From contig NZ_QLIR01000006.1 in NCBI RefSeq assembly GCF_003428155.1, forward strand, positions 60,539 through 92,538: a stretch of DNA of 32,000 nt, given 5' to 3'. Below are positions 18,801 through 30,301 of the stretch, piece after piece (position 1 is the first letter of the stretch; every line of letters starts with the position of its first letter). The DNA comes from Fastidiosibacter lacustris (GTDB taxonomy: Bacteria > Pseudomonadota > Gammaproteobacteria > Francisellales > Francisellaceae). The translations under genes and the position numbers were made by a program. The notes under the pieces are model-generated. The model ran no database searches and had not been told where the DNA came from. It saw only the letters and a list, made by a program, of their open reading frames with translations.

Positions 18801-19337
18801 ATGTCTAGAATTGGTAAAAAGCCTGTTGCTATTCCTAGTGGTGTAACGGTTGCAGTGGCAAGAGATAATTTTGTGACTGTAAAAGGTGCTAAAGGCGAGT
18901 TAGTTAAAAAAATTAATAATGCGGTAACAATTGAAGTTGCAGATAAAGTGGTTAACGTTAAAGCGAATGACGACTCTAAAAGTGCAAACATGCAATCAGG
19001 TACAGCGCGCGCCTTGATTAACAATATGATTGTTGGTGTGAGCCAAGGCTTCGAGAGGAAATTACAATTGGTTGGTGTGGGATACCGTGCTAAAGCCCAA
19101 GGTAATAGTGTCAACTTAACGCTTGGCTTTTCCCATCCGGTTGATCACGAATTACCTAAAGGTGTAACAGTTGAGACGCCTTCTCAAACTGAAATTGTTT
19201 TGAAGAGTGCAAATAAAGAGCTACTTGGTAAAGTTGCAGCAGACATTCGTTCATATCGTGAACCTGAGGTTTATAAAGGCAAAGGTGTTCGTTATGCGAA
19301 TGAAAAAGTCATAACCAAAGAAGCTAAGAAAAAATAA
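18801..19337 (+). CDS. rplF: 50S ribosomal protein L6
   Basis: Contains [23 protein letters not shown] and YKGKGVRY. Confidence 0.96.
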   Translation: MSRIGKKPVAIPSGVTVAVARDNFVTVKGAKGELVKKINNAVTIEVADKVVNVKANDDSKSANMQSGTARALINNMIVGVSQGFERKLQLVGVGYRAKAQGNSVNLTLGFSHPVDHELPKGVTVETPSQTEIVLKSANKELLGKVAADIRSYREPEVYKGKGVRYANEKVITKEAKKK

Positions 19338-19351
19338 GTGAGTAGAGAGCT

Positions 19352-19705
19352 ATGGATAAAAAAAATGCTCGTTTACGTCGTGCGAAGCGTACGCGAATCA
19401 AACTAAAAGAACTAAATCAAGTTCGTCTATGTATACATAGGACTCCAAGACATATGTATGCACAAATTATTTCTGGTGATGGTTCACAGGTTTTGGTGCA
19501 GGCGTCAACACTTGAGGAAGCTGTGAAAAAAGATTGTGCTTATACTGGTAACGTTGCTTCTGCAACGGTTGTTGGTAAATTCATTGCACAGCGCGCTATT
19601 GAAAAAGGTATTGAGCAAATTGCTTTTGACCGTTCAGGTTTTAGATATCATGGGCGTGTTAAAGCATTGGCTGATTCAGCTAGAGAAAATGGTTTGAAAT
19701 TTTAA
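19352..19705 (+). CDS. rplR: 50S ribosomal protein L18
   Basis: Contains [42 protein letters not shown]. Confidence 0.96.
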   Translation: MDKKNARLRRAKRTRIKLKELNQVRLCIHRTPRHMYAQIISGDGSQVLVQASTLEEAVKKDCAYTGNVASATVVGKFIAQRAIEKGIEQIAFDRSGFRYHGRVKALADSARENGLKF

Positions 19706-19721
19706 TTAAAGGCGACTGATA

Positions 19722-20222
19722 ATGGCAGATAATATGCAAAAAACTGACGGCTTGATTGAAAAGTTAGTCAGTGTTAAAAGACATGCCAAAACAGTAAAAG
19801 GTGGTAGAATCATGAGCTTTGCTGCCTTAGTTGTTGTTGGTGATGGAAGTGGTCGAGTGGGTATTGGGCGTGGTAAGTCTCGTGAAGTACCGGTTGCTAT
19901 TCAAAAAGCGATGGAAAATGCGCGTCGTAATATGGTAACAGTGAACTTAAATGGTGATACATTATGGTATCCAACAACTGCAAGTCATGGTGCTTCTAAA
20001 GTATTTATGCAGCCAGCTTCCCCTGGTACAGGTATCATTGCAGGAGGAGCTATGCGTGCAGTATTTGAAGTAGTGGGTGTTCATAACGTTTTAGCTAAAA
20101 CCTATGGTTCAACCAACCCAATTAACGTTGTTCGTGCAACAATCAATGGTATGACTAAGCTTAAATCTCCAGAAGAGATTGCTGAAAAGCGTGGTTTGTC
20201 TATTGAAGAAATTCAAGGGTAA
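19722..20222 (+). CDS. rpsE: 30S ribosomal protein S5
   Basis: Contains [36 protein letters not shown]. Confidence 0.96.
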   Translation: MADNMQKTDGLIEKLVSVKRHAKTVKGGRIMSFAALVVVGDGSGRVGIGRGKSREVPVAIQKAMENARRNMVTVNLNGDTLWYPTTASHGASKVFMQPASPGTGIIAGGAMRAVFEVVGVHNVLAKTYGSTNPINVVRATINGMTKLKSPEEIAEKRGLSIEEIQG

Positions 20223-20227
20223 GGACT

Positions 20228-20413
20228 ATGACTGATAACAAAACATTTAAAGTAACCCTTATTAAAAGCTTAATAGGTCGTCACGAAAAGCACAAGGCAT
20301 GTGCAAACGGCTTGGGTTTACGTAAAGTTCACCAATCTGTAGAAGTGATTGATACACTTGCTAATCGTGGCATGGCGAATAAAATCTACTACATGGTGAA
20401 AATAGAGGGGTGA
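20228..20413 (+). CDS. rpmD: 50S ribosomal protein L30
   Basis: 61 aa containing KVTLIKS.IGR......A..LGLRK. The position between rpsE and rplO also fits. Confidence 0.92.
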   Translation: MTDNKTFKVTLIKSLIGRHEKHKACANGLGLRKVHQSVEVIDTLANRGMANKIYYMVKIEG

Positions 20414-20418
20414 TTTCA

Positions 20419-20850
20419 ATGAGATTAAATACGATTTCTCCAGCTGAAGGTTCAAAATCTGCAGCTAAACGCCTTGGTCGTGGAATTGGCAGTGGTTTTG
20501 GTAAGACTGCTGGTCGTGGTCACAAAGGTCAAAAAGCACGCGCTGGTGGCTACCATAAAGTTGGTTTTGAAGGTGGTCAGATGCCACTTCAAAGACGATT
20601 GCCTAAGTTTGGTTTTACTTCACGTAAGGCAAAATACGTTGCTGAAATTAGGTTACATGAATTAAATGCAATTGAAGCAGATGTAATTAATTTGGATGCG
20701 TTAAAAGACGCAGGTATAGTTCGTAAGGATATGCTTGCAGCACGTATTATTGCAAGTGGTGAAATCAACAAGGCAGTAACCATTAATGGTCTACACTGTA
20801 CTAAAGGTGCGAAGGCTGCTATTGAAACAGCTGGTGGAAAGGTAGAGTAA
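20419..20850 (+). CDS. rplO: 50S ribosomal protein L15
   Basis: Contains [12 protein letters not shown] and [20 protein letters not shown] used the ATG at 20419 after a GAGGGG SD. Confidence 0.95.
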   Translation: MRLNTISPAEGSKSAAKRLGRGIGSGFGKTAGRGHKGQKARAGGYHKVGFEGGQMPLQRRLPKFGFTSRKAKYVAEIRLHELNAIEADVINLDALKDAGIVRKDMLAARIIASGEINKAVTINGLHCTKGAKAAIETAGGKVE

Positions 20851-20857
20851 TATTGCT

Positions 20858-22189
20858 ATGGCAACAAAAAATCTTAAAAGAGGTGGTGGTCTTCGCGAAT
20901 TAAGACAACGCCTTCTTTTTGTCTTATTAGGCATTATTGTCTTTAGACTAGGTGTCTATATCCCTATTCCGTACATTGATGCAGATCAGCTGGCTAAGCT
21001 TATGTCAGCACAATCAGCAGGTGGTAATGGCTTACTGAGTATGTTTAATATGTTCTCAGGTGGTGCGCTTGAAAAGTTGAGTATATTTGCGTTGGGTGTA
21101 ATGCCCTATATTTCTGCATCGATTATCTTCCAAATGATGAGTGCTGTATCGCCAAAGTTGATGGAGCTTAAAAAGGAAGGCGAGTCGGGACAAAAGAAAA
21201 TAACGCAATATACCAGATATGCAACTTTTGTTTTGGCGCTAATACAGTCATTTGGTATTGCAGTGTATACTTTTAATCAGCCTGGATTAGTGGATATTGA
21301 TTCAAGATTTTTGTTCTATTTTGCTGCTATTGTCTCAATGACTACAGGTAGTATGTTCTTGATGTGGTTGGGTGAACAGATGACTGAGCGAGGAATTGGT
21401 AATGGTATTTCATTACTGATTTTCTCAGGGATCGTTGCCAATTTACCATTTGAGGTGAGTACAACAATTTCACAAGCAAACCAAGGAATGATTTCGTACC
21501 TGACTGTTTGGGTGTTGTTAATTATTTTGTTGGCTGTTGTTGCTTTTGTCGTGTTTGTGGAACGTGCGCAGCGTCGTATTACGGTAAATTATGCTAAACG
21601 TCAGCAAGGTCGTAAAATGATGGCGCCACAAACAAGTCATTTACCATTAAAACTAAATATGGCAGGTGTGATCCCACCAATTTTTGCTTCATCTATTTTG
21701 ATGGTTCCTGGCATGCTTTCTAATTGGTTTGCTTCTTCGCCATCATTGGGATGGTTAGCAGAAATAGGCGAAGCACTACAACCAGGTAGCTTGCTGTATA
21801 CTTTAATTTTTGCAGCAGCGATTATATTTTTCTGCTTTTTTTATACAGCGCTTGTTTTTAATCCAAAAGAAACGGCAGATAACCTTAAAAGATCCGGTGC
21901 CTTTATTACTGGCGTGCGTCCAGGTGAGCAAACAGCAAAATACATTGATTCAGTGATGAGTAAATTGACTTTGATTGGTTCAATTTACATTACTGCAATT
22001 TGTTTGCTACCAATTTTCATTATGAATTTTTTTGGTCATGGGTTGTCATTTACATTTGGTGGAACTTCATTATTGATCGTGGTTGTGGTAATCATGGATT
22101 TTATGGCACAAGTTCAATCTCATATGATGTCAACGCAATATGATTCATTATTGAAAAAGGCAAATTTAAGTAATTACGGTAAATTATAG
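20858..22189 (+). CDS. secY: Preprotein translocase subunit SecY
   Basis: 443 aa with about 10 TM helices. Contains [40 protein letters not shown] and GAFI.G.RPG..T..YI. Confidence 0.97.
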   Translation: MATKNLKRGGGLRELRQRLLFVLLGIIVFRLGVYIPIPYIDADQLAKLMSAQSAGGNGLLSMFNMFSGGALEKLSIFALGVMPYISASIIFQMMSAVSPKLMELKKEGESGQKKITQYTRYATFVLALIQSFGIAVYTFNQPGLVDIDSRFLFYFAAIVSMTTGSMFLMWLGEQMTERGIGNGISLLIFSGIVANLPFEVSTTISQANQGMISYLTVWVLLIILLAVVAFVVFVERAQRRITVNYAKRQQGRKMMAPQTSHLPLKLNMAGVIPPIFASSILMVPGMLSNWFASSPSLGWLAEIGEALQPGSLLYTLIFAAAIIFFCFFYTALVFNPKETADNLKRSGAFITGVRPGEQTAKYIDSVMSKLTLIGSIYITAICLLPIFIMNFFGHGLSFTFGGTSLLIVVVVIMDFMAQVQSHMMSTQYDSLLKKANLSNYGKL

Positions 22190-22213
22190 TTTTAACAAAA
22201 ATGAGGTAATACA

Positions 22214-22327
22214 ATGAAAGTCAGAGCTTCCGTAAAGAAGATGTGCAGAAACTGTAAAGTGATAAAGCGCAATCGTGTGGTTCGTGTGATTTGTACTGAT
22301 CCAAGACATAAACAGCGTCAAGGTTAA
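22214..22327 (+). CDS. rpmJ: 50S ribosomal protein L36 (below the ORF-track size cutoff)
   Basis: My manual translation gives [37 protein letters not shown] (37 aa). A GAGG SD lies upstream. It occupies the canonical position after secY. Confidence 0.93.
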
Positions 22328-22437
22328 TAATTAAACATGGCGACTTGCTTTTTCAACTGAAAAAAGGTATCTTTGTCCGCCGTGAGAATTTTACTAACAA
22401 TTTTAAGATATTAATAAAGTAAAACGGAGTATTGTGA

Positions 22438-22794
22438 ATGGCTCGTATAGCTGGGATTAACGTTCCTGATCATAAACATGCTGATATTGCCTTAACAGCA
22501 ATCTATGGTATTGGACGTCCGCGTGCACTTAAAATTTGTGCAGCATGCAACATTGAACCAAGCAAAAAAGTCAAAGACTTGACAGAAGAGCAGATCGAGT
22601 TATTGAGAACTGAGATTGCTAAGTTTACAGTAGAAGGTGATCTACGTCGTGAAGTATCAATGAACATTAAGCGTTTAATGGACTTAGGTACATATCGTGG
22701 TCGTAGACATCGTCGCAATCTGCCTGTAAGAGGTCAACGTACGAAGACAAATGCTCGTACACGCAAGGGACCAAGAAAGCCAATTAAGGCATAA
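22438..22794 (+). CDS. rpsM: 30S ribosomal protein S13
   Basis: Contains [39 protein letters not shown]. Confidence 0.97.
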   Translation: MARIAGINVPDHKHADIALTAIYGIGRPRALKICAACNIEPSKKVKDLTEEQIELLRTEIAKFTVEGDLRREVSMNIKRLMDLGTYRGRRHRRNLPVRGQRTKTNARTRKGPRKPIKA

Positions 22795-22829
22795 GTACAA
22801 TTATAACAAAACAAATAGGAATCGAACTT

Positions 22830-23216
22830 ATGGCAAAAGCTGTAAAGCCTAAGAAAAAAGTCAAAAAGAGCGTGCCTGATGCAATTGCACACATTCATGC
22901 TTCTTTTAACAACACGATTATTACTATTACAGATCGTCAAGGTAATGCCTTATCTTGGGCAACTTCTGGCGGTAGTGGTTTTAGAGGTTCTCGTAAAAGT
23001 ACACCTTTTGCAGCACAGGTTGCTGCTGAGCGTGCAGGTGAACTAGCGCTTGAATATGGTGTAAAAAATGTTGATGTATTGGTGAAGGGTCCGGGTCCTG
23101 GACGTGAATCTGCAGTACGTGCTTTAAACGCGAAAGGCTTTAAGGTAACAAGTATTACAGACGTAACACCATTACCACATAATGGTTGTCGTCCTCCGAA
23201 AAAACGTCGTGTGTAA
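22830..23216 (+). CDS. rpsK: 30S ribosomal protein S11
   Basis: Contains [33 protein letters not shown] and [15 protein letters not shown]. Confidence 0.97.
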   Translation: MAKAVKPKKKVKKSVPDAIAHIHASFNNTIITITDRQGNALSWATSGGSGFRGSRKSTPFAAQVAAERAGELALEYGVKNVDVLVKGPGPGRESAVRALNAKGFKVTSITDVTPLPHNGCRPPKKRRV

Positions 23217-23233
23217 GATTTAAGGTAAGTAAA

Positions 23234-23854
23234 ATGGCTAGATACTTAGGACCTAAGTGTAAGCTTTCTCGTCGAGAAGGCACGGATCTTCAGCTAAAAA
23301 GCGGTGTGAGATCAATTGAAGAGAAATGCAAAATTAATACGCAACCTGGTCAGCATGGTGCAAAAAGAGCGCGTCTTTCTGATTATGGTTTGCAATTGCG
23401 TGAGAAACAAAAAGTGCGTCGTATTTATGGCATACTTGAGAACCAATTTAAAAAATATTATACAGAAGCAGCAAGGCGTAAAGGTAATACAGGTGCTAAC
23501 TTGTTAGAGCTTTTAGAAGGTCGTTTGGATAACGTTGTTTATAGAATGGGCTTTGGATCAACGCGTGCAGAGGCACGTCAGTTGGTGACTCACAAAGGTG
23601 TTTTAGTAAATGGTAAGACTTGTAACATTCCTTCTTTTAATTTAAGCGCAGGTGATACGATTGCTGTGCGTGAAAAATCTAAGAAGCAACTGCGCATTCA
23701 AAGTGCGTTAGAGTTATCTAAGCAACGTGGATCTGTTTCTTGGATTGAAGTAAATGAAGCCAAGCTTGAAGGTGTATTTAAATCTAAACCTGAACGTGCT
23801 GAATTACCTGCAGACATCAACGAGCAACTTATCGTCGAGCTATATTCTAAATAA
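23234..23854 (+). CDS. rpsD: 30S ribosomal protein S4
   Basis: Begins with the canonical [20 protein letters not shown] used the ATG at 23234, because the track's start at 23186 overlaps rpsK. Confidence 0.96.
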   Translation: MARYLGPKCKLSRREGTDLQLKSGVRSIEEKCKINTQPGQHGAKRARLSDYGLQLREKQKVRRIYGILENQFKKYYTEAARRKGNTGANLLELLEGRLDNVVYRMGFGSTRAEARQLVTHKGVLVNGKTCNIPSFNLSAGDTIAVREKSKKQLRIQSALELSKQRGSVSWIEVNEAKLEGVFKSKPERAELPADINEQLIVELYSK

Positions 23855-23875
23855 TAGATAAACGGAGAGCAGTTA

Positions 23876-24853
23876 ATGCATACTTGTCCAACTGAAGTTT
23901 ACAAACCACAAATTAGCAGTATTACTGAAGTTAAGCGCAACTGCTTTAGCATTGTGCTTGAACCATTTGCTGTTGGTTTTGGTCATGTAATGGGGAATGC
24001 TCTCAGAAGAATTTTACTATCTTCCATTCCAGGTGCTGCTATTACTGAAGTTCAAATTGAAAGGGCTTTACATGAGTACTGCACACTGGAAGGTGTTCAA
24101 GAAGACGTTGTTGAGATTCTACTTAATTTAAAAAAGCTTGCTGTTAGTTTGGAAAATGACGTTGAAGAAGCCTATTTAACTCTGGAGAAAAAAGGGTCTG
24201 CAAAAGTTACTGCTGCAGATTTAGGAGCAAGCGGTAATGTGGATGTGGCTGATCCTGATTATGTGATTGCGCATTTAAACGAAGGTGGACATATCAATAT
24301 GTTGGTCAAAGTAGCGCAAGGTCGTGGATTTGTACCTTCAACGGTATATAGTCAATCACCTGAAGAAGAACTTTTGGTTGGTCACATCCCATTAGACGCT
24401 TCTTTTAATCCAGTGTTAGATGTTTCTTTTACTGTTAAGGCTTTAGATAACAGTAGTGAAAAGCTCGAAATTTTTATGCGTACTAAAGGTACGATTAAGC
24501 CAGAGGTGGCAATCGAGACGGCGATGACTTATTTCTATGAGCAAATTGCTGTTTTTGTAGATTTAAAAGCACCTTTGGGTCGTAAGATGACTCAGGATAC
24601 GCCTGAAATCGACCCTTTACTACTTAGACCGGTTGAAGATTTGGAGTTAACGGTTAGATCAGCTAATTGCTTAAAAGCACAAAATATCCGCTATTTGGGT
24701 GATTTAGTGCAATTCCCTGAATCTGACTTAATGCGTATCCCTAATTTAGGGCGTAAGTCTTTGAATGAAATTAAATCTGTGCTGGCAGAACGTGGCCTTT
24801 CTTTGGGTGTTAGAATTGACAACTGGCCGCCAGAACAATTGAGTAATAAGTAA
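23876..24853 (+). CDS. rpoA: DNA-directed RNA polymerase alpha subunit
   Basis: Contains [26 protein letters not shown]...LHEY....[13 protein letters not shown]. The C-terminal domain contains [19 protein letters not shown]. Confidence 0.96.
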   Translation: MHTCPTEVYKPQISSITEVKRNCFSIVLEPFAVGFGHVMGNALRRILLSSIPGAAITEVQIERALHEYCTLEGVQEDVVEILLNLKKLAVSLENDVEEAYLTLEKKGSAKVTAADLGASGNVDVADPDYVIAHLNEGGHINMLVKVAQGRGFVPSTVYSQSPEEELLVGHIPLDASFNPVLDVSFTVKALDNSSEKLEIFMRTKGTIKPEVAIETAMTYFYEQIAVFVDLKAPLGRKMTQDTPEIDPLLLRPVEDLELTVRSANCLKAQNIRYLGDLVQFPESDLMRIPNLGRKSLNEIKSVLAERGLSLGVRIDNWPPEQLSNK

Positions 24854-24880
24854 TATAATTTTAACTAGAAGGAAATTACT

Positions 24881-25324
24881 ATGCGTCATCGTAAGAGTGG
24901 TCGTAAGTTTAATAGAACAAGCAGCCATCGCAAAGCGATGTTTAGAAACATGTCAGCGTCTCTATTAAAGCACGAGCTGATTAAAACTACGCTTCCTAAA
25001 GCAAAAGAGCTAAGGGGTTTTGTTGAGCCTTTAATTACTCTAGCTAAGCGTGAAGTTGAATTGCGCAAGAGCGATATTGACCTGGCCAGCAATGAGTTTA
25101 AAGCACAAGTTGTTGCTTTAAGACGTCAAGCGTTTAGCTTTTTGCGTAACAAAGAGGCAGTCAAAAAGTTGTTTGAAGAAATCGCTCAGCGTTATGAAGC
25201 ACGTCCAGGTGGTTATACACGTGTGCTTAAGTGTGGTTATCGTTTTGGTGATAAGGCGCCAATGGCATTTATTGAGCTTGTTGATCGTCCTCAATCAGAA
25301 ATTGAAAATGTTGTAGAAGCATAA
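24881..25324 (+). CDS. rplQ: 50S ribosomal protein L17
   Basis: Contains [27 protein letters not shown] and F.ELVD. It carries a somewhat longer internal and C-terminal region than E. coli L17. Confidence 0.94.
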   Translation: MRHRKSGRKFNRTSSHRKAMFRNMSASLLKHELIKTTLPKAKELRGFVEPLITLAKREVELRKSDIDLASNEFKAQVVALRRQAFSFLRNKEAVKKLFEEIAQRYEARPGGYTRVLKCGYRFGDKAPMAFIELVDRPQSEIENVVEA

Positions 25325-25348
25325 TCAATATAAGCTTACTAAAATATT

Positions 25349-25372
25349 AAGCCCACTTAAGTGGGCTTTTTT
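25349..25372 (+). terminator. Rho-independent terminator of the alpha-type operon
   Basis: AAGCCCAC-TTAA-GTGGGCTT followed by a T-run, 25 nt after the rplQ stop. Confidence 0.8.
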
Positions 25373-25452
25373 ATTTCTAATTCTCTTGACATTGACTAAG
25401 TTCAGTCTCAGGCTTATTCAAATTATTTAGGTGTAATCATGAAGATAACTGG

Positions 25453-26352
25453 ATGAAGAGAATATTAATTGCTGGTGGTTCAGGTTTTATTGGTAGAAAT
25501 TTAGTACATCATCTAAAAAAAGAGGGTTATTTTGTAATACTTTTAAGTCGTACACCAAGGTTGATTAATGGGTATGATCAAGTGATAACTTGGGACGAAA
25601 TTATACCTGAACAAATAGCGACATTTGATGTTGTGATTAATTTGTGTGGTTACGGCATCAGTGAAAAAAAGTGGTCACCACAAATTAAAAATAAGATTGT
25701 TAATAGTCGAGTTGAGACGACAGAATACTTAATTAAACTGATTGGGGATAATGATATATGGCTTATTAATGCCAGTGCAATTGGCTTTTACCCTTTTTCT
25801 TTTAAGCTCCAAAATGAAGATAATATTGAGGTATTATCAAAGCATAATACAGGCTTCTGTCAATATATTGCAAAGCAATGGGAGGCAGTAGTTATAGGTT
25901 CAAGACTAAGACGCAAGACTATCTTGCGCTTTGGAGTAGTCTTGGGGAAAGGTGGTATGCTTAATCAGTTATTATCTAGTGTTAAAATGGGCATGGGTGC
26001 AAGAATTGGTGATGGTCAGCAGTTGATGTCTTGGGTGCATATCAATGACTTATGCCGTGCGCTGCTATTTTTACTAACAATAGATGCTGTTAATACAACT
26101 TTTAATATCGTCGCGCCTAATGCCTGTACACAAGCTAAATTTATGCGAATACTTTGCCAAAAAATGAATAAGCGTCAATGGTTTGTTATCCCAAAATTTA
26201 TGGTCAAACTCATGTTTGGACAAATGGGAAATGAGTTGCTATTAGCTTCGCATTGTATCGAACCTAAACGGTTACAAAATTTAGAATTTAAGTTTATATA
26301 TCCAACCATTGAATTAGCATTAGAAAGTATTGTAAAAGAGACCCAAACTTAA
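25453..26352 (+). CDS. TIGR01777/YfcH-like NAD-binding epimerase-family (atypical SDR) protein
   Basis: The N-terminus is ILIAGGSGFIGRNL. Colinear YfcH-like blocks are INLCG..I.....W and RFGVVLGKGGML. GDGQQLMSWVHINDL also matches. 299 aa. Confidence 0.8.
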   Translation: MKRILIAGGSGFIGRNLVHHLKKEGYFVILLSRTPRLINGYDQVITWDEIIPEQIATFDVVINLCGYGISEKKWSPQIKNKIVNSRVETTEYLIKLIGDNDIWLINASAIGFYPFSFKLQNEDNIEVLSKHNTGFCQYIAKQWEAVVIGSRLRRKTILRFGVVLGKGGMLNQLLSSVKMGMGARIGDGQQLMSWVHINDLCRALLFLLTIDAVNTTFNIVAPNACTQAKFMRILCQKMNKRQWFVIPKFMVKLMFGQMGNELLLASHCIEPKRLQNLEFKFIYPTIELALESIVKETQT

Positions 26353-26445
26353 ACTCGAGAATTGGTTCAAATTGACTTAATTAGTTATCCTGTAAAATTT
26401 GCATTATTAATTGATACAGGAGAAAGAGAAGCAAGTAGGTGATAT

Positions 26446-27435
26446 GTGAAAACAGTAACGTCACAATATAGAGAATATGATAAATACGCAGTCTTATTAG
26501 TTAATCTAGGCACTCCAGACTCGTACACAGTAAAAGACGTAAAACAGTATTTAAAACAATTCTTATCGGATAGACGAGTTATTGAATTAACCCCTTTAAT
26601 TTGGCAATTGATTTTAAGATTATTAGTTCTGCCATTTCGTTCTCCTAAAACTGCAAAGCTTTATCAAAAAGTTTGGTTGAAAGAAAAAAACCTTTCACCG
26701 CTTATGTATTACACTCAAATGCAAACTAAGAGGCTAGCACAAGCAATAGATAACGATGTTATCGTTGACTTCGCCATGCGTTATGGTGAGCCTTCAATAG
26801 AAGCAAAAATCCATAGCTTACAAGCACAAGGCGTAACAACAATTAAAGTATTTCCTTTATACCCACAGTATTCTGCTACAACGACAGCTTCTGTTTATGA
26901 CGAAGTGTTTCGTGTGCTCAAAAAAATGCGTAATCAGCCTAACATTATTGGAGTTAAACCATATTACGCTCATCCACAGTATATTGAGGCATTAAAAAAG
27001 AGTGTTTTAACCTATATACCTAAGCTTAATTTTGCCCCAGATATTATTTTATTCTCTTTTCATGGCATACCTAAACAATGCGTGGATAAGGGTGACCCCT
27101 ACTATTGGCAGTGTCAAGAAACTTATCGTTTAGTTAAAAATGCGCTTTCTAACCTTAATATTGAGCTTAGGATGTCTTTTCAGTCGCGTTTTGGACCTAA
27201 AAAATGGTTAAGCCCTTATACAACAGATGTTTTAAAGATCCTTCCAACTGAAAATAAAAATAAAATTTTACTTGTTACTCCAGGGTTTGCGGCAGATTGT
27301 TTAGAAACATTAGAGGAGCTTAATGAAACCGAGCGTAAAACTTTTCTTCAGGCAGGGGGTACGCATTATGCAGTTATGCCATGCTTAAATGATAGTGATG
27401 AACATATGGAGTTGTTAAAAACCTTGGCAAAATAA
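26446..27435 (+). CDS. hemH: Ferrochelatase
   Basis: Contains [47 protein letters not shown] and [16 protein letters not shown] start after an AGGTGA SD. Confidence 0.93.
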   Translation: MKTVTSQYREYDKYAVLLVNLGTPDSYTVKDVKQYLKQFLSDRRVIELTPLIWQLILRLLVLPFRSPKTAKLYQKVWLKEKNLSPLMYYTQMQTKRLAQAIDNDVIVDFAMRYGEPSIEAKIHSLQAQGVTTIKVFPLYPQYSATTTASVYDEVFRVLKKMRNQPNIIGVKPYYAHPQYIEALKKSVLTYIPKLNFAPDIILFSFHGIPKQCVDKGDPYYWQCQETYRLVKNALSNLNIELRMSFQSRFGPKKWLSPYTTDVLKILPTENKNKILLVTPGFAADCLETLEELNETERKTFLQAGGTHYAVMPCLNDSDEHMELLKTLAK

Positions 27436-27481
27436 CAAAACTTTTATAGAATTGACCAGCTTTAAAACCTTGGAGAATGCT

Positions 27482-27694
27482 ATGGCTCGTGTAACAGTAG
27501 AAGATTGTTTAGAAAAAATAGATAGCCGTTTTGAGTTGATTGTATTAGCAGCAAAAAGGGCACGTAATTTAATGTTAAGTGGTCAAGAACCGCGTGTCGA
27601 ATGGGACAATGATAAAGCAACAGTTGTTGCTTTACGTGAAATTGCTGGTGGCAAGATATCTAAGTCAGAATTACGAGCACAGCAAGAATATTAG
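27482..27694 (+). CDS. rpoZ: DNA-directed RNA polymerase omega subunit
   Basis: Begins with the canonical [29 protein letters not shown] used the ATG at 27482, which has a GGAGA SD, rather than the track's TTG at 27452. Confidence 0.93.
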   Translation: MARVTVEDCLEKIDSRFELIVLAAKRARNLMLSGQEPRVEWDNDKATVVALREIAGGKISKSELRAQQEY

Positions 27695-27721
27695 AAAGTT
27701 CAAAAATAATAATTTTAGTGA

Positions 27722-27749
27722 TTGACTTTGTTTTTTTTGGCTCTATAAT
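27722..27749 (+). promoter_or_regulatory. Sigma70 promoter for tRNA-Val
   Basis: TTGACT, a 16-nt spacer, then TATAAT. The -10 element ends 14 nt before the tRNA 5' end. Confidence 0.65.
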
Positions 27750-27763
27750 TTGGTTTCGTTCTC

Positions 27764-27839
27764 GGGTGCTTAGCTCAGCTGGGAGAGCATCGCCCTTACA
27801 AGGCGAGGGTCGGGGGTTCGAACCCCTCAGCACCCACCA
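27764..27839 (+). tRNA. tRNA-Val (anticodon TAC)
   Basis: The sequence is GGGTGCTTAGCTCAGCTGGGAGAGCATCGCCCTTACAAGGCGAGGGTCGGGGGTTCGAACCCCTCAGCACCCACCA. It folds as a cloverleaf with a CTTACAA anticodon loop, a TTCGAAC T-loop and an encoded CCA. Confidence 0.92.
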
Positions 27840-27847
27840 GAGATTTT

Positions 27848-27876
27848 AAAAGGCTTCTAAGTGGAAGCCTTTTTTG
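27848..27876 (+). terminator. Rho-independent terminator after tRNA-Val
   Basis: AAAAGGCTTC-TAAGTG-GAAGCCTTTT followed by a T-run. Confidence 0.8.
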
Positions 27877-28012
27877 TTTGCGTTATAAAGTGTATTTGCT
27901 TGTGTTTTGGGCACTTGTTTGTAACAATAACGCGACTCTTTGCTATTGTTTTATATTTAATAAAGCACTAGCTTATCGAGAGTAAGTACGATAAACCGAA
28001 AGGAGTAAAAAT

Positions 28013-28369
28013 ATGAAACATTATGAAATTGTGTTTATGGTTCATCCTGATCAAAGCGATCAGTTACAACAGATGTTGCAAAAATATCGTGAAATCATTG
28101 AGTCAACTGGCGGTAAGATTCATCGTCTAGAAGATTGGGGGCGTCGTCAACTTGCTTATCCAATTGCAAAACTTCATAAAGCACATTACATCTTGATGAA
28201 TATTGAATGTAATACTGAAGCATTGAATGAGCTAAATGATTCATTTAGATATAATGATGCGATTCTTCGTCGTTTAGTTTTGAGTACTAAAGGTTCAATA
28301 ATTGAACCCTCAGTGATGATGGCTAAAGATGAGAAAAAAGAAGTTAAAGAAACAGTTGATACTGAGTAA
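28013..28369 (+). CDS. rpsF: 30S ribosomal protein S6
   Basis: Contains [34 protein letters not shown] and an acidic C-terminal tail. Confidence 0.95.
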   Translation: MKHYEIVFMVHPDQSDQLQQMLQKYREIIESTGGKIHRLEDWGRRQLAYPIAKLHKAHYILMNIECNTEALNELNDSFRYNDAILRRLVLSTKGSIIEPSVMMAKDEKKEVKETVDTE

Positions 28370-28379
28370 GGAGAGAACT

Positions 28380-28607
28380 ATGCGTGTAAATCGTCGTCGT
28401 AAAGTGTGTCGTTTTAGTGTTGAAGGCGTAAAAGAAATCGATTACAAAGATTTAAACACTTTAAAAGGATATATTACGGAAACCGGTAAAATCGTTCCAA
28501 GTCGTATTACAGGTACTTCAACTAAGTATCAGCGCCAACTTGCTACTGCAATTAAAAGAGCAAGATTCTTGGCGTTAATTCCATACTGTGATCGTCACTT
28601 TAATTAA
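28380..28607 (+). CDS. rpsR: 30S ribosomal protein S18
   Basis: Contains [53 protein letters not shown] used the ATG at 28380 after an AAGGAGAG SD. Confidence 0.95.
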   Translation: MRVNRRRKVCRFSVEGVKEIDYKDLNTLKGYITETGKIVPSRITGTSTKYQRQLATAIKRARFLALIPYCDRHFN

Positions 28608-28630
28608 TACCAGCTAAGAGGTCTTTCACA

Positions 28631-29080
28631 ATGCAAGTTATTTTAAAGGAAAAAGTAGAAAACCTAGGTGCTTTAGGTGATGTGGTAAATGTTAAGCCTG
28701 GCTATGCGCGTAACTATTTAGTACCTTATGGTAAAGCTGTTCAAGCAACTGAGCAAAACATTGCTACATTTGAGAAGCAAAAAGCAGAATTGCAACAAGC
28801 AGAAGCTGTCCGTTTGGCAGATGCTAAAGCAAAAGCAGAAAAAATTATAGGTCAAGTGTTCACAATTGTTGCTCCTGCCGGAGATGGTGGTAAGCTATTT
28901 GGTTCGGTGGGTACGAAAGAAGTAGCTGAAGTGATCGCCAAAACCGTTGGTGTTGAAGTTGAGAAACGCCATGTGCGCATGCCAGAAGGTATTATTCGTT
29001 CGTTGGGTGAGTATAGTTTATTGGTTCATTTGCATACAGATGTAGATGCGGATATTCAGTTAATTATTAAAGCTGAATAA
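28631..29080 (+). CDS. rplI: 50S ribosomal protein L9
   Basis: Contains [36 protein letters not shown]. Confidence 0.95.
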   Translation: MQVILKEKVENLGALGDVVNVKPGYARNYLVPYGKAVQATEQNIATFEKQKAELQQAEAVRLADAKAKAEKIIGQVFTIVAPAGDGGKLFGSVGTKEVAEVIAKTVGVEVEKRHVRMPEGIIRSLGEYSLLVHLHTDVDADIQLIIKAE

Positions 29081-29109
29081 AAAAGATATATAAAACGCTT
29101 TTATTATTT

Positions 29110-29134
29110 AAGCCGCAATTTTGCGGCTTTTTTG
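29110..29134. terminator. Shared (bidirectional) terminator hairpin between convergent rplI and adk
   Basis: AGCCGC-AATTTT-GCGGCT is flanked by an A-rich 5' side and TTTTTT on the 3' side. It lies 30 nt after the rplI stop and 4 nt from the adk stop. Confidence 0.75.
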
Positions 29135-29137
29135 TAG

Positions 29138-29871
<734 letters not shown>

Positions 29872-30280
29872 ATTAAAGTCTGAGATTTTTTTGTCACATT
29901 GCTTATTTGGTTCCTAGCCTAGGTTGTAACCATTTGAAGATATTATGGAGTTGAAAATTCAAAAATTTTCCAACTTCGCGATGTAAATCACTTGATATAG
30001 CCATCAATTCAATTAAAGTTTCAATTTCCATATTCATCATAGCTTCACATTGTGAATTCATAATAAAGGGATTCTCACTTAATTAATAAAGCATTTCGGA
30101 AAAAAACTATTGCAATAGTATTCAATAATTGATACGCTTGATCGGAGTCATTATTAAGGTCACCCCCATACCTTAATGCTAAACACCCCTCCCTACATGA
30201 AAAGGATTTACTCAACTAGCAAGGAAATGACTCAAGTCCCATTATTACCTGAGAACTCTATCTTCTTTAAAGAAGATAAA

Positions 30281-30301
30281 AGGCATTATGCCTAATTTTT
30301 T
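30281..30301 (+). terminator. Right copy of the perfect 21-bp inverted repeat; hairpin plus T-run on the plus strand
   Basis: AGGCATTATGCCTAATTTTTT is the exact reverse complement of 29851-29871. A second hairpin, ATCTTCTTT/AAAGAAGAT (30260-30277), lies immediately before it. Confidence 0.45.

Noticed and set aside
10761-28379. N-terminal extensions given by the ORF track for purE (10761), rplV (14703), rplN (16784), rpsH (18369), rplO (20410), rpsD (23186), rpoZ (27452) and rpsR (28329)
   Set aside because: In each case a downstream ATG restores the canonical conserved N-terminus (for example [33 protein letters not shown]). That ATG is preceded by a good SD. The extension overlaps the preceding gene.
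28369-28380. Absence of priB between rpsF and rpsR
   Set aside because: The rpsF-priB-rpsR-rplI arrangement is not universal among Gammaproteobacteria. Without knowing the lineage this cannot be called unusual.
30197-30295. 32-codon plus-strand ORF (MKRIYSTSKEMTQVPLLPENSIFFKEDKRHYA) inside the inverted-repeat module
   Set aside because: There is no SD, because the upstream sequence is the C-rich tract. The ORF ends inside the terminator hairpin. It is more parsimoniously part of a non-coding transcript.
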